Part shown: in pieces, positions 1-6,524 of the stretch
Layout of the letters: every line of letters begins with the position of its first letter
How positions within the stretch are numbered: the stretch's first letter is position 1
IMG/VR virus record: IMGVR_UViG_3300044213_000107
Coordinates: 196,724-260,723 of that record
Strand: one strand, 5' to 3'
DNA length: 64,000 nucleotides
The notes under the pieces: model-generated
What the model saw: only the letters and a program-made list of their open reading frames with translations
What the model was told of the DNA's origin: nothing
Databases searched by the model: none
Position numbers and translations under genes: made by a program

Positions 1-24
1 TGTCTATTGGATTGTCGATTAAAA

Positions 25-100
25 TGGTGCCGCCTCTAGGTATCGAACCTAATTCTCTAGTGCTTCAAACTAGCGTGAGGACCTCCTTCACCAAAGCGGC
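25..100 (-). tRNA. tRNA-Phe(GAA)
   Basis: Cloverleaf, anticodon arm CTAGT-TTGAAGC-ACTAG, encoded CCA. Confidence 0.88.
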
Positions 101-103
101 ATA

Positions 104-178
104 TGGTCCGGCCACCAGGAATCGAACCTGGATTACAAGATTAGAAGTCTCGGGTATTATCCATTATACGATGGCCAG
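104..178 (-). tRNA. tRNA-Arg(UCU)
   Basis: Anticodon loop CTTCTAA, T-loop TTCGATT, CCA end. Confidence 0.9.
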
Positions 179-213
179 CGTCTGTAAAATGGTGCGCTCG
201 GAGGGACTTGAAC
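175..213 (-). repeat. 39-bp direct repeat copy 1 (T-loop to CCA of tRNA-Ile2 plus spacer; att-like)
   Basis: 37/39 identical to 2214-2252. Confidence 0.9.
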
Positions 214-248
214 ATTTTTATTATTCATTATACGAACGCTAGAGATTT

Positions 249-686
249 TTATAGTATAGCCGATAACCAATCAGTATACAATAAATTTTTATGTATTTTT
301 ATTTTCATTATCCCAGGAAAACTCATAAAGGAATGAGTCTTCCATACCTTGTTGCTTGTATCTTTGTACACAGATATTTTAGATATGCTATTGATAAAAT
401 CTATAGTATCCACTGTTAACCTTTCCAACACAATATATAAATCTTCAGTTATATCATTGTTGGAATCAATTTTTGTGTCTGTTAGTTCCTTATTAACAAA
501 TTCTATTGAAACACTGGTTAAATCAGAATTAACAGGAATATTATAATGATGTATTTCTTCTATATCATTTTTATGTTCAATCGCATATTCGTACACACAT
601 AATTTATTGTTTATAAAAATGTTATATACAGGTTTTTTAGTAGACGTTGAATGGAGTAGCAACGATAGGGATAACTTTTTTGTCAT
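249..686 (-). CDS. hypothetical protein, 145 aa
   Basis: ORF overlapping the end of the radical SAM gene, inside the repeat-flanked cassette. Confidence 0.7.
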   Translation of the reverse strand: MTKKLSLSLLLHSTSTKKPVYNIFINNKLCVYEYAIEHKNDIEEIHHYNIPVNSDLTSVSIEFVNKELTDTKIDSNNDITEDLYIVLERLTVDTIDFINSISKISVYKDTSNKVWKTHSFMSFPGIMKIKIHKNLLYTDWLSAIL

Positions 687-2169
687 TTTGCTTGTGCTCT
701 AAATATTTTTGCTCTAATCCTTCGATCTCTAATAATTTTTCATTTTGTCGGTTGATTTCAGAATAATACCCATATTCCTGCATTACTTCAACAAATCTTT
801 TCCATCTGTTTACTCTAACATCAAATGTATTGTTTACAAATTGTGTGCTAGTCCAGAAAAAATCGCCCCACTGGTCATGCCTATTATGTTCAAGACCGTA
901 TTCATCTGCATATCGTTGCATGAACCCGCTTCCATTTGTTAGCACCATTGGCAAAGATAAAAATACTTTTATCATATTGTTAGTTGTTAAGTGGGCATGA
1001 GTTTTAAGTAAATCGATACTTTGTTGGAAATCATCTTCCGTTTCGGTGGGATATCCTACAAACATTAACCATACTTGTTTTATACCTTTATCAAAACAAT
1101 TTTCAGCAAACCAAGTTATATCTTCATTACTGAATTTCTTCTTCATATCGTTACGAACTTTTTCACTACCCGACTCTATGCCTACTTTAAACAATTTCGC
1201 TCCGGCAGTTGATGCTAGTTTAAAATCTGATTCAGGCATGGATATTTTAGATCGACAAATGGCATAGCCAGAATATTCTATTCTATTGGGAATTTCTTCA
1301 GTTAATACCGTATTCATTAAACGATAATTTGTGATACTCCCATTCACAAGATTGTCAGTAAACTCAAACTTATTAATACCATATTTAGAATGTGTTTCGA
1401 TAATTTCACGTGCTATATCATTACCTTTTCTGTAGACGAATTTTGGCCAAGACGACTGCACATCGCAAAATGTACACTCTCTGACACATCCTTTACTGCC
1501 AGTAACCGGTATAGTTAAATTTTTATTTTTGTAACTTGGATACAATGAAAAATTATATCCTTCCCATGAAGGTGCAGGTGTGTTACTAAGTGCCTCTGCA
1601 GATACAGGAGGTGCAGTGTGTATTCCTTTTTTCTTATTTTGGATGACAGAAATCAAATCATTTTCCGCATCCCCACGATACACAGAATCTATCGGAAGAT
1701 AATCCATGAAATAATTAGCATAATTAATTCCACTGATTCGTTCGTTGTTATCTAGACCTCTGCCACCTATCATTATGTAACTGTTAGGCGATATCTCTCG
1801 AACTATAGTGGATAAAGGTACAACAAAATCTAAACTTTGGCTAGAAAATACAGACAATAAAATTGTATCCGGATTAAAATTTTTTATTTGTTGTTTAACA
1901 GCTTTTCTAAGCCATTTTAAAATTTTTAAAATATTAATGCTATTTGCCGGTCTGTACCCTCTTATGGCAAACATATCTACTATTATATTCCATTGATCTG
2001 CAAATTCGCTAAACAAATCAATATTTAGGTCCCAAACTTTACTATTGTATCCATTATGTTTTAAAATGCCGTTTATAACTGCAGGGCCGTATGGAACATC
2101 TCCGAAACTTTCTATTCCTGTATTAACAACTCTTACTGGAACTACTATTGTAAGGACATTTTTATTCAT
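637..2169 (-). CDS. B12-binding domain radical SAM protein (class B methyltransferase-like)
   Basis: CxxxCxxC motif (CVRECTFC), N-terminal PYGPAVI..IL cobalamin-binding-like region, GIESGSEKVR, GYPTETEDDF. Confidence 0.88.
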   Translation of the reverse strand: MNKNVLTIVVPVRVVNTGIESFGDVPYGPAVINGILKHNGYNSKVWDLNIDLFSEFADQWNIIVDMFAIRGYRPANSINILKILKWLRKAVKQQIKNFNPDTILLSVFSSQSLDFVVPLSTIVREISPNSYIMIGGRGLDNNERISGINYANYFMDYLPIDSVYRGDAENDLISVIQNKKKGIHTAPPVSAEALSNTPAPSWEGYNFSLYPSYKNKNLTIPVTGSKGCVRECTFCDVQSSWPKFVYRKGNDIAREIIETHSKYGINKFEFTDNLVNGSITNYRLMNTVLTEEIPNRIEYSGYAICRSKISMPESDFKLASTAGAKLFKVGIESGSEKVRNDMKKKFSNEDITWFAENCFDKGIKQVWLMFVGYPTETEDDFQQSIDLLKTHAHLTTNNMIKVFLSLPMVLTNGSGFMQRYADEYGLEHNRHDQWGDFFWTSTQFVNNTFDVRVNRWKRFVEVMQEYGYYSEINRQNEKLLEIEGLEQKYLEHKQNDKKVIPIVATPFNVY

Positions 2170-2213
2170 AGTAATATTTAGTAGACTAAACCAACCCAGT
2201 ATACTATCTTATA

Positions 2214-2252
2214 CCAGCATCTGTAAAATGGTGCGCTTGGAGGGACTTGAAC
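2214..2252 (-). repeat. 39-bp direct repeat copy 2
   Basis: Matches 175-213; includes the 3' end of the intact tRNA-Ile2. Confidence 0.9.
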
Positions 2253-2305
2253 CCCCGACCAAGCGATTATGAGTCGCCTGCTCTGACCAACTGAGCTACA
2301 AGCGC
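2229..2305 (-). tRNA. tRNA-Ile2(CAU), lysidine type
   Basis: Anticodon arm GGCGACTCATAATCGCTT as in enterobacterial ileX; CCA. Confidence 0.8.
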
Positions 2306-2311
2306 ATTAAC

Positions 2312-2397
2312 TGGTGCGACTGGCCGGAATCGAACCGGCACGGGAAAATCCCGGCAGATTTTAAGTCTGCTGCGGCTACCGATTACGCCACAGTCGC
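2312..2397 (-). tRNA. tRNA-Leu(UAA)
   Basis: Loop CTTAAAA, long variable arm, CCA. Confidence 0.92.
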
Positions 2398-2403
2398 TTA
2401 TCC

Positions 2404-2479
2404 TGGTGCCGGAGAAAGGAGTCGAACCCTCGACCTTCGCATTACAAGTGCGCTGCTCTACCAACTGAGCTACTCCGGC
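2404..2479 (-). tRNA. tRNA-Thr(UGU)
   Basis: Loop CTTGTAA, canonical D and T arms. Confidence 0.93.
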
Positions 2480-2489
2480 TAAAACTTTT

Positions 2490-2582
2490 TGGCGGAGCGG
2501 GAGGGATTCGAACCCTCGATACAGTTCATCACCGTATGACACCTTAGCAGGGTGCTGACTTCAGCCGCTCATCCACCGCTCC
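2490..2582 (-). tRNA. tRNA-Ser(GCU)
   Basis: Loop CTGCTAA, long variable arm, G discriminator. Confidence 0.92.
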
Positions 2583-2588
2583 AAATCC

Positions 2589-2664
2589 TGGTGGTCAGAA
2601 GAGCACTCGAAGCTCCACATTCATCCTTATGAGGGATGCTCTCTTCCTCTTAAGATATCTGACC
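2589..2664 (-). tRNA. tRNA-Met(CAU), probably elongator, atypical T-stem
   Basis: CATCC-CTCATAA-GGATG; T arm GGAGC-TTCGAGT-GCTCT. Confidence 0.8.
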
Positions 2665-2755
2665 ATATAAAAACACACTCTTATCAATATCCCAGCGGTC
2701 GACTCGGTTTAACAGGGCCCAACGTAGAGGGTCGGGCGAATGTGTTTTTATATGG
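2663..2755 (-). ncRNA. unassigned ~93-nt RNA closed by a 15-bp stem
   Basis: CCATATAAAAACACA ... TGTGTTTTTATATGG inverted repeat around a GC-rich core, between tRNA units. Confidence 0.55.
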
Positions 2756-2790
2756 TAGGAGCACGGGGATTTGAACCCTGAACCTATCAA
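2753..2790 (-). pseudogene. orphan tRNA 3' half (3' anticodon-stem strand, T arm, acceptor strand, CCA)
   Basis: Minus strand TTGATAGGTTCAGGGTTCAAATCCCCGTGCTCCTACCA; the HNH ORF lies where the 5' half would be. Confidence 0.75.
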
Positions 2791-3362
2791 TGACTGAGTA
2801 GTCGTTTTGCCCTGGCGTGGCTAGCACCCTTGTCAGGCAACCCAACACTTCTCAATGCTTCTGAAATAGTATTATGTTTCTTAACAGCCTCTAATAATAC
2901 TTCATCCGGAACAATTCTTTTTTTGTTATTTCTTCCTCGCCAAGTCTTAGTTTTTGAATGACAATTAGGACAAATACATTCTAAATTAGATCGGTCATTA
3001 TTTTTTGTATCACCGTCTTTATGCTCTAATTCTAAAACAATAGGATCACCCATCCATTCTGAAATTCCACAATGGTTACACTTATGACCTTGCTCTTCTA
3101 ATACCCGTCGCTTTCTATTCTCGCTACCTAATTTTTCAAAAGGTGTGGATTGGTATTTCTCTAATGCCCAAGCTGTTGTCTTGGCACTTCGTAATCTTAT
3201 TTCCTCGGTTGTAATTGGAGTTTTTCTAGTCCAACGACCGGCATTAGCAATACTTTTCTTCTTTTTGCTTTCTTCAGTAAACACTCTACTATTTGAACAT
3301 TTTCTAGAACAGAATGTTCCAGGCTTAGTATGTGCTGTATTACATTTAGGACAATTTTTCAT
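2787..3362 (-). CDS. HNH homing endonuclease with N-terminal Zn-finger
   Basis: CxxC..FCSRKC, then CNHC...LELEHKDGDTKNNDRSNLECICPNCH. Confidence 0.9.
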   Translation of the reverse strand: MKNCPKCNTAHTKPGTFCSRKCSNSRVFTEESKKKKSIANAGRWTRKTPITTEEIRLRSAKTTAWALEKYQSTPFEKLGSENRKRRVLEEQGHKCNHCGISEWMGDPIVLELEHKDGDTKNNDRSNLECICPNCHSKTKTWRGRNNKKRIVPDEVLLEAVKKHNTISEALRSVGLPDKGASHARAKRLLSH

Positions 3363-3365
3363 AAT

Positions 3366-3410
3366 ATTGAACTCTTACTTGTTATACTTTATTTATACTT
3401 AAAGTTCAAT
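3366..3410 (-). promoter_or_regulatory. late promoter TATAAATA inside an RBS-sequestering hairpin (HNH gene)
   Basis: ATTGAACT/AGTTCAAT arms flank TATAAATA at 3390-3397. Confidence 0.7.
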
Positions 3411-3426
3411 TTTATCAAAAATCAGT

Positions 3427-3500
3427 TGGTAGGCCCGGAGGGTACTGACCCCTCTTTTACGGATTAAAAGTCCGTTACTTCACCTTAAAGTTTCAAGCCC
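3427..3500 (-). tRNA. tRNA-Lys(UUU), non-canonical
   Basis: ACGGA-CTTTTAA-TCCGT; A8 instead of U8; T-loop GTCAGTA. Confidence 0.8.
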
Positions 3501-3505
3501 GTATG

Positions 3506-3580
3506 TGGTCCTTGCTCAGAGAATCGAACTCTGTTAGTCCGGGTAAGAGCCGGATACTTCGCCAGCAAAGTTTAGCAAGG
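3506..3580 (-). tRNA. tRNA-Lys(CUU)
   Basis: TCCGG-CTCTTAC-CCGGA; same A8 and ACTT/AAGT D-stem as its neighbour. Confidence 0.85.
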
Positions 3581-3589
3581 ATGGTTTGT

Positions 3590-3639
3590 ATTAACGAGTT
3601 CTTTAATGTCTTACAAACATATTAAAGAGTTCTTTAATG
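3590..3639. repeat. two 19-nt near-palindromic direct repeats
   Basis: ATTAACGAGTTCTTTAATG (3590-3608) and ATTAAAGAGTTCTTTAATG (3621-3639). Confidence 0.75.
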
Positions 3640-3676
3640 TGCCATCCCAGGACCAATACGGGGTCTTAGGATGACA

Positions 3677-3697
3677 CTACTGTTTACCTTGTTTCAT
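3677..3697 (-). CDS. six-codon leader ORF MKQGKQ
   Basis: AAAGGAA RBS, ATG AAA CAA GGT AAA CAG TAG, followed immediately by a 15-bp hairpin (3640-3676). Confidence 0.5.
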   Translation of the reverse strand: MKQGKQ

Positions 3698-3724
3698 GTC
3701 AAATTCCTTTGTGTTAAAAATGCT

Positions 3725-3753
3725 ATTATACAACTATCACAGCCAGTTGTCAA
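3725..3753 (-). promoter_or_regulatory. consensus sigma70 promoter
   Basis: TTGACA-N17-TATAAT. Confidence 0.85.
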
Positions 3754-3761
3754 CTGTTTTT

Positions 3762-3836
3762 TGGTACCCGGTGCTGGAATTGAACCAGCGACCCTTGCGT
3801 TATCAGCACAATGCTCTACCCCTGAGCTAACCGGGT
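3762..3836 (-). tRNA. tRNA-Ile(GAU)
   Basis: Loop CTGATAA. Confidence 0.92.
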
Positions 3837-3854
3837 ATTTTAATAAATATGTGT

Positions 3855-4034
3855 ATGATCTCTGAAGAAATTGAAAACTCTTGGAAATACTTGTATAGAT
3901 TCGTAGACGAATCCTACAAACCAAAATCATTTTGGTGTACACCCAGCGAGTTCAAACTTGAAGAACTGCCACAAATTGGTACCTCCGGAGAGACTCGAAC
4001 TCCCGACTCTTTCGTTCGTAGCGAAATACTCTAA
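3855..4034 (+). CDS. small hypothetical or remnant ORF running antisense into tRNA-Arg
   Basis: TAAATA-N5-ATG start; 3' third overlaps the tRNA. Confidence 0.35.
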   Translation: MISEEIENSWKYLYRFVDESYKPKSFWCTPSEFKLEELPQIGTSGETRTPDSFVRSEIL

Positions 4035-4053
4035 TCCACTGAGTTACGGAGGC
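3977..4053 (-). tRNA. tRNA-Arg(ACG)
   Basis: TTTCG-CTACGAA-CGAAA. Confidence 0.92.
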
Positions 4054-4056
4054 ATA

Positions 4057-4131
4057 TGGGGTGCGATACGAGAATCGAACTCGCGATAGCGGAATCACAA
4101 CCCGCGGTTTTGCCACTAAACTAATCACACC
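4057..4131 (-). tRNA. tRNA-His(GUG)
   Basis: Loop TTGTGAT, G-1:C73. Confidence 0.92.
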
Positions 4132-4165
4132 ATATCAATAAATACTTGCAGGTACCAAGATAAGT

Positions 4166-4744
4166 ATGGAACACAATTTAAATCTACAATATACACAAAT
4201 ACGTGATTATGTATTTGCATTATCTATACAATTTCCTTACTCCGACGAAGAAATTTTATCTGCAGCAAATACCGAGATTCTTGAACGATGGGTTGGTCCC
4301 GGTGATAGGTACCGAACAAATTCTCCACAATCTAAAATATTAAAAGATATATTTGAAATATTTAAAGATCCTGCGATATTTAAACAACAAATATTAGATA
4401 CGTTATACGCCACTGAAAAATACAAATATTTCTGGATTCGCAGCAAACAAGATTTGTTTACATCTTCAAGATTAAGTGTCGCACTCTACAAAGATTCTGC
4501 CAAATATTATTTAAAAAATCACCTGGATCCAAGAGACGTTATTGTATCAGGAATGTATTATCTCACAAAGTCAGATTTACAATATACAACAATCTACACT
4601 TCGGAAAATAATGATAATCCAATACAACTACTACCCAGTCAATACCAAGGTTGGATGTTAGCCAACACTGAAAATAGTTGGCACGATGGCAGAAATGAAG
4701 ATTCTGTTGATAGGATTGCCATTTATTATGATTTGTATCTATAA
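4166..4744 (+). CDS. 2OG-Fe(II) oxygenase family protein
   Basis: HxD (NHLD) ... SWHDG ... R facial-triad pattern. Confidence 0.7.
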   Translation: MEHNLNLQYTQIRDYVFALSIQFPYSDEEILSAANTEILERWVGPGDRYRTNSPQSKILKDIFEIFKDPAIFKQQILDTLYATEKYKYFWIRSKQDLFTSSRLSVALYKDSAKYYLKNHLDPRDVIVSGMYYLTKSDLQYTTIYTSENNDNPIQLLPSQYQGWMLANTENSWHDGRNEDSVDRIAIYYDLYL

Positions 4745-4746
4745 CT

Positions 4747-4820
4747 TGGCGACCCATGAAGGAATCGAACCTCCGTCCTTAGTTTTGGAGACTAGTACAC
4801 TACCATTGTGCTAATGGGCC
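4747..4820 (-). tRNA. tRNA-Trp(CCA)
   Basis: Loop CTCCAAA. Confidence 0.92.
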
Positions 4821-4824
4821 AAAT

Positions 4825-4910
4825 TGGTGGAAGTCCAGGGACTCGAACCCCGTATGCCGTAAGACGTCGGATTTACAGTCCGATGCAGTAACCTGTTCTG
4901 CTCGACTTCC
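4825..4910 (-). tRNA. tRNA-Tyr(GUA)
   Basis: Loop CTGTAAA, variable arm. Confidence 0.92.
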
Positions 4911-4916
4911 TTTATG

Positions 4917-5001
4917 TGGTGCGGATGGTGAGACTCGAACTCACACACCTTACGGTAATGGCTTCTAAGACCATCTCGGCTACCAGTTACGACACATCCG
5001 C
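4917..5001 (-). tRNA. tRNA-Leu(UAG)
   Basis: Loop CTTAGAA, variable arm. Confidence 0.92.
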
Positions 5002-5008
5002 AAAAACT

Positions 5009-5082
5009 TGGAGCGGGATAGGAGAATCGAACTCCTAACTAAACCTTGGCAAGGTTTCGTTTGACCATTAAACTAATCCCGC
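5009..5082 (-). tRNA. tRNA-Gly(GCC)
   Basis: AAACC-TTGCCAA-GGTTT, U discriminator. Confidence 0.92.
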
Positions 5083-5095
5083 AACTCCGAAAACA

Positions 5096-5171
5096 TGGCT
5101 GTCTAGGCAGGGATCGAACCTACGACAGGGTGATTAACAGTCACCTGCTCTACCAACTGAGCTACTAGACA
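5096..5171 (-). tRNA. tRNA-Asn(GUU)
   Basis: Loop CTGTTAA. Confidence 0.92.
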
Positions 5172-5183
5172 ATATTTATACTC

Positions 5184-5257
5184 TGGTGCCTCGTGACAGA
5201 ATCGAACTGCCGTCTGCACCGTGTAAGGATGCGGCCCTACCATTAGACGAACGAGGC
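5184..5257 (-). tRNA. tRNA-Val(UAC)
   Basis: Loop CTTACAC. Confidence 0.9.
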
Positions 5258-5329
5258 GAAATTTGGCGCCGATTTTTGTCATTTTAACTGAGGCTAACGA
5301 GCACTCCCTCAGATTAGTTGCAACTTATT

Positions 5330-5403
5330 TGGTGGAGAAGGAGAGAATCGAACTCTCAATTGAAGCTTGCAAAGCTACCGTTATCCCATTTAACTACATC
5401 CCC
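5330..5403 (-). tRNA. tRNA-Ala(UGC)
   Basis: Loop TTTGCAA, G3:U70. Confidence 0.88.
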
Positions 5404-5407
5404 AAAA

Positions 5408-5557
5408 TTATTCTTTAGTTTGTTCTTTGTGTTCTAGTAGTTTTTGTTGATATTGATCTTCAGTTAAACCATGCCAACCACAACACTTACCGTCTGGGCT
5501 ACGGCCACAACCGCATTTACCAATGTCTTCTGCATTTTCTTGTACTCTCATTTGCAT
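5408..5557 (-). CDS. 49-aa CDGSH-like (2Fe-2S or Zn) mini-protein, absent from the ORF track
   Basis: AAAGGAA RBS; MQMRVQENAEDIGKCGCGRSPDGKCCGWHGLTEDQYQQKLLEHKEQTKE. Confidence 0.7.
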   Translation of the reverse strand: MQMRVQENAEDIGKCGCGRSPDGKCCGWHGLTEDQYQQKLLEHKEQTKE

Positions 5558-5577
5558 GCATTTCCTTTATTAAAAAA

Positions 5578-5654
5578 TGGTCCGTGTGACACGATTCGAA
5601 CATGCGACCACCTGGTCCCAAACCAGGAGCTCTACCAGGCTGAGCTACACACGG
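5578..5654 (-). tRNA. tRNA-Pro(UGG)
   Basis: CCTGG-TTTGGGA-CCAGG. Confidence 0.92.
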
Positions 5655-5659
5655 AAAAC

Positions 5660-5734
5660 TGGATGCGGGAGACGGAATTGCACCGCCGATCTTCAGGTTA
5701 TGAGCCTGATGAGTTACTACTTCTCCATCCCGCG
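5660..5734 (-). tRNA. tRNA-fMet(CAU), initiator-like
   Basis: C1:A72 mismatch, loop CTCATAA. Confidence 0.8.
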
Positions 5735-5742
5735 ATAAACAA

Positions 5743-5816
5743 TGGTAAGGGAACTAGGAATCGAACCTAGAATAGCAGAATCAAAATCTGTTGTGATACC
5801 ATTTCACTATTCCCCA
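5743..5816 (-). tRNA. tRNA-Gln(UUG)
   Basis: Loop TTTTGAT. Confidence 0.88.
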
Positions 5817-5822
5817 ACGATG

Positions 5823-5898
5823 TGGTACTCGGTAGGGAATTCGAATCCCTGTTCACGCCGTGAAAGGGCGTTGTCCTAGGCCTCTAGACGAACCGAGC
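5823..5898 (-). tRNA. tRNA-Glu(UUC)
   Basis: ACGCC-CTTTCAC-GGCGT. Confidence 0.92.
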
Positions 5899-5907
5899 AT
5901 ACTTGTT

Positions 5908-5986
5908 TGGCGACTTGTAGGGGATTTGAACCCCTGATCTCTACCGTGACAGGGTAGCGCATTAAGCCAGACTATGCTAACAAGCC
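5908..5986 (-). tRNA. tRNA-Asp(GUC)
   Basis: CTACC-CTGTCAC-GGTAG. Confidence 0.92.
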
Positions 5987-5991
5987 AAATT

Positions 5992-6229
5992 CTCTATATG
6001 TAAACATACCTAAGGAACTCTTGAACAATATGGACTCTGCCGGCACCACGGGTTCGTCTCCCGATTGGGTTCATTCGTTATTACAGCCTACATGATCTGT
6101 CAGTACACTCGTACAGTATCTTGCGATCCGTAACTACCTTCATGTGCACTGCATACTCCGCCCCGGCGAGCTGTCCCCTTTGCAAGCACCTAACAGTATA
6201 GGTAACCTTTTGTACGTTTACATATAGAG
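5992..6229 (-). ncRNA. unassigned ~238-nt structured RNA
   Basis: 14-bp terminal stem CTCTATATGTAAAC/GTTTACATATAGAG, GC-rich interior, ATC-GCAA-GAT tetraloop hairpin. Confidence 0.6.
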
Positions 6230-6263
6230 GCTATTGTTTACAATAGCTTATATGTGATTAACT

Positions 6264-6433
6264 TTTTAAAGAACACAGTTAATTGCTTAACAAGCATGTA
6301 TTGTAACACCTTTTTGGACAATTAGCAAGTGTTTTTTACTGCTGTTGCTGATTTGCTACAACGTTTGTTCGATAACAAACTAGTTAATTTCTTAACTTGT
6401 ATCTATTATAGCACCAAATAATAACCCGCACAA
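6264..6433 (-). promoter_or_regulatory. tandem sigma70 promoters, each with a GNRA hairpin, then a boxA-like site
   Basis: TTGTGC-N17-TATAAT (6433-6405); TTGCTA-N17-TACAAT (6328-6300); GTTAA-GAAA/GCAA-TTAAC; TGTTCTTTAAAA (6275-6264). Confidence 0.7.
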
Positions 6434-6466
6434 TCTTCGGGTTTTGGGTGTTGTTTTTTAATAACA

Positions 6467-6489
6467 TGGAGTAGGTGACAGGACTTGAA
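6467..6489 (-). pseudogene. orphan tRNA 3' fragment (T-loop to UCCA)
   Basis: Minus strand TTCAAGTCCTGTCACCTACTCCA, truncated at the T-loop next to the HNH-like gene. Confidence 0.7.
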
Positions 6490-6524
6490 ATATATATTAT
6501 TTCGTTTTGAACATAAATAATAAC

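Noticed and set aside
2753-3426. Possible group I intron carrying the HNH gene inside a tRNA
   Set aside because: No 5' exon half and no room for an intron core; only 64 AT-rich bases lie upstream of the ORF.
4917-5001. Anticodon UAG as an amber suppressor, or a recoded genome
   Set aside because: Anticodon UAG reads CUA (Leu); a suppressor would need CUA. Core genes are intact in the standard code.
5992-6229. tmRNA or RNase P RNA identity for the 240-nt RNA
   Set aside because: No tRNA-Ala-like ends or tag reading frame, and no GAGGAAAGUCC core.
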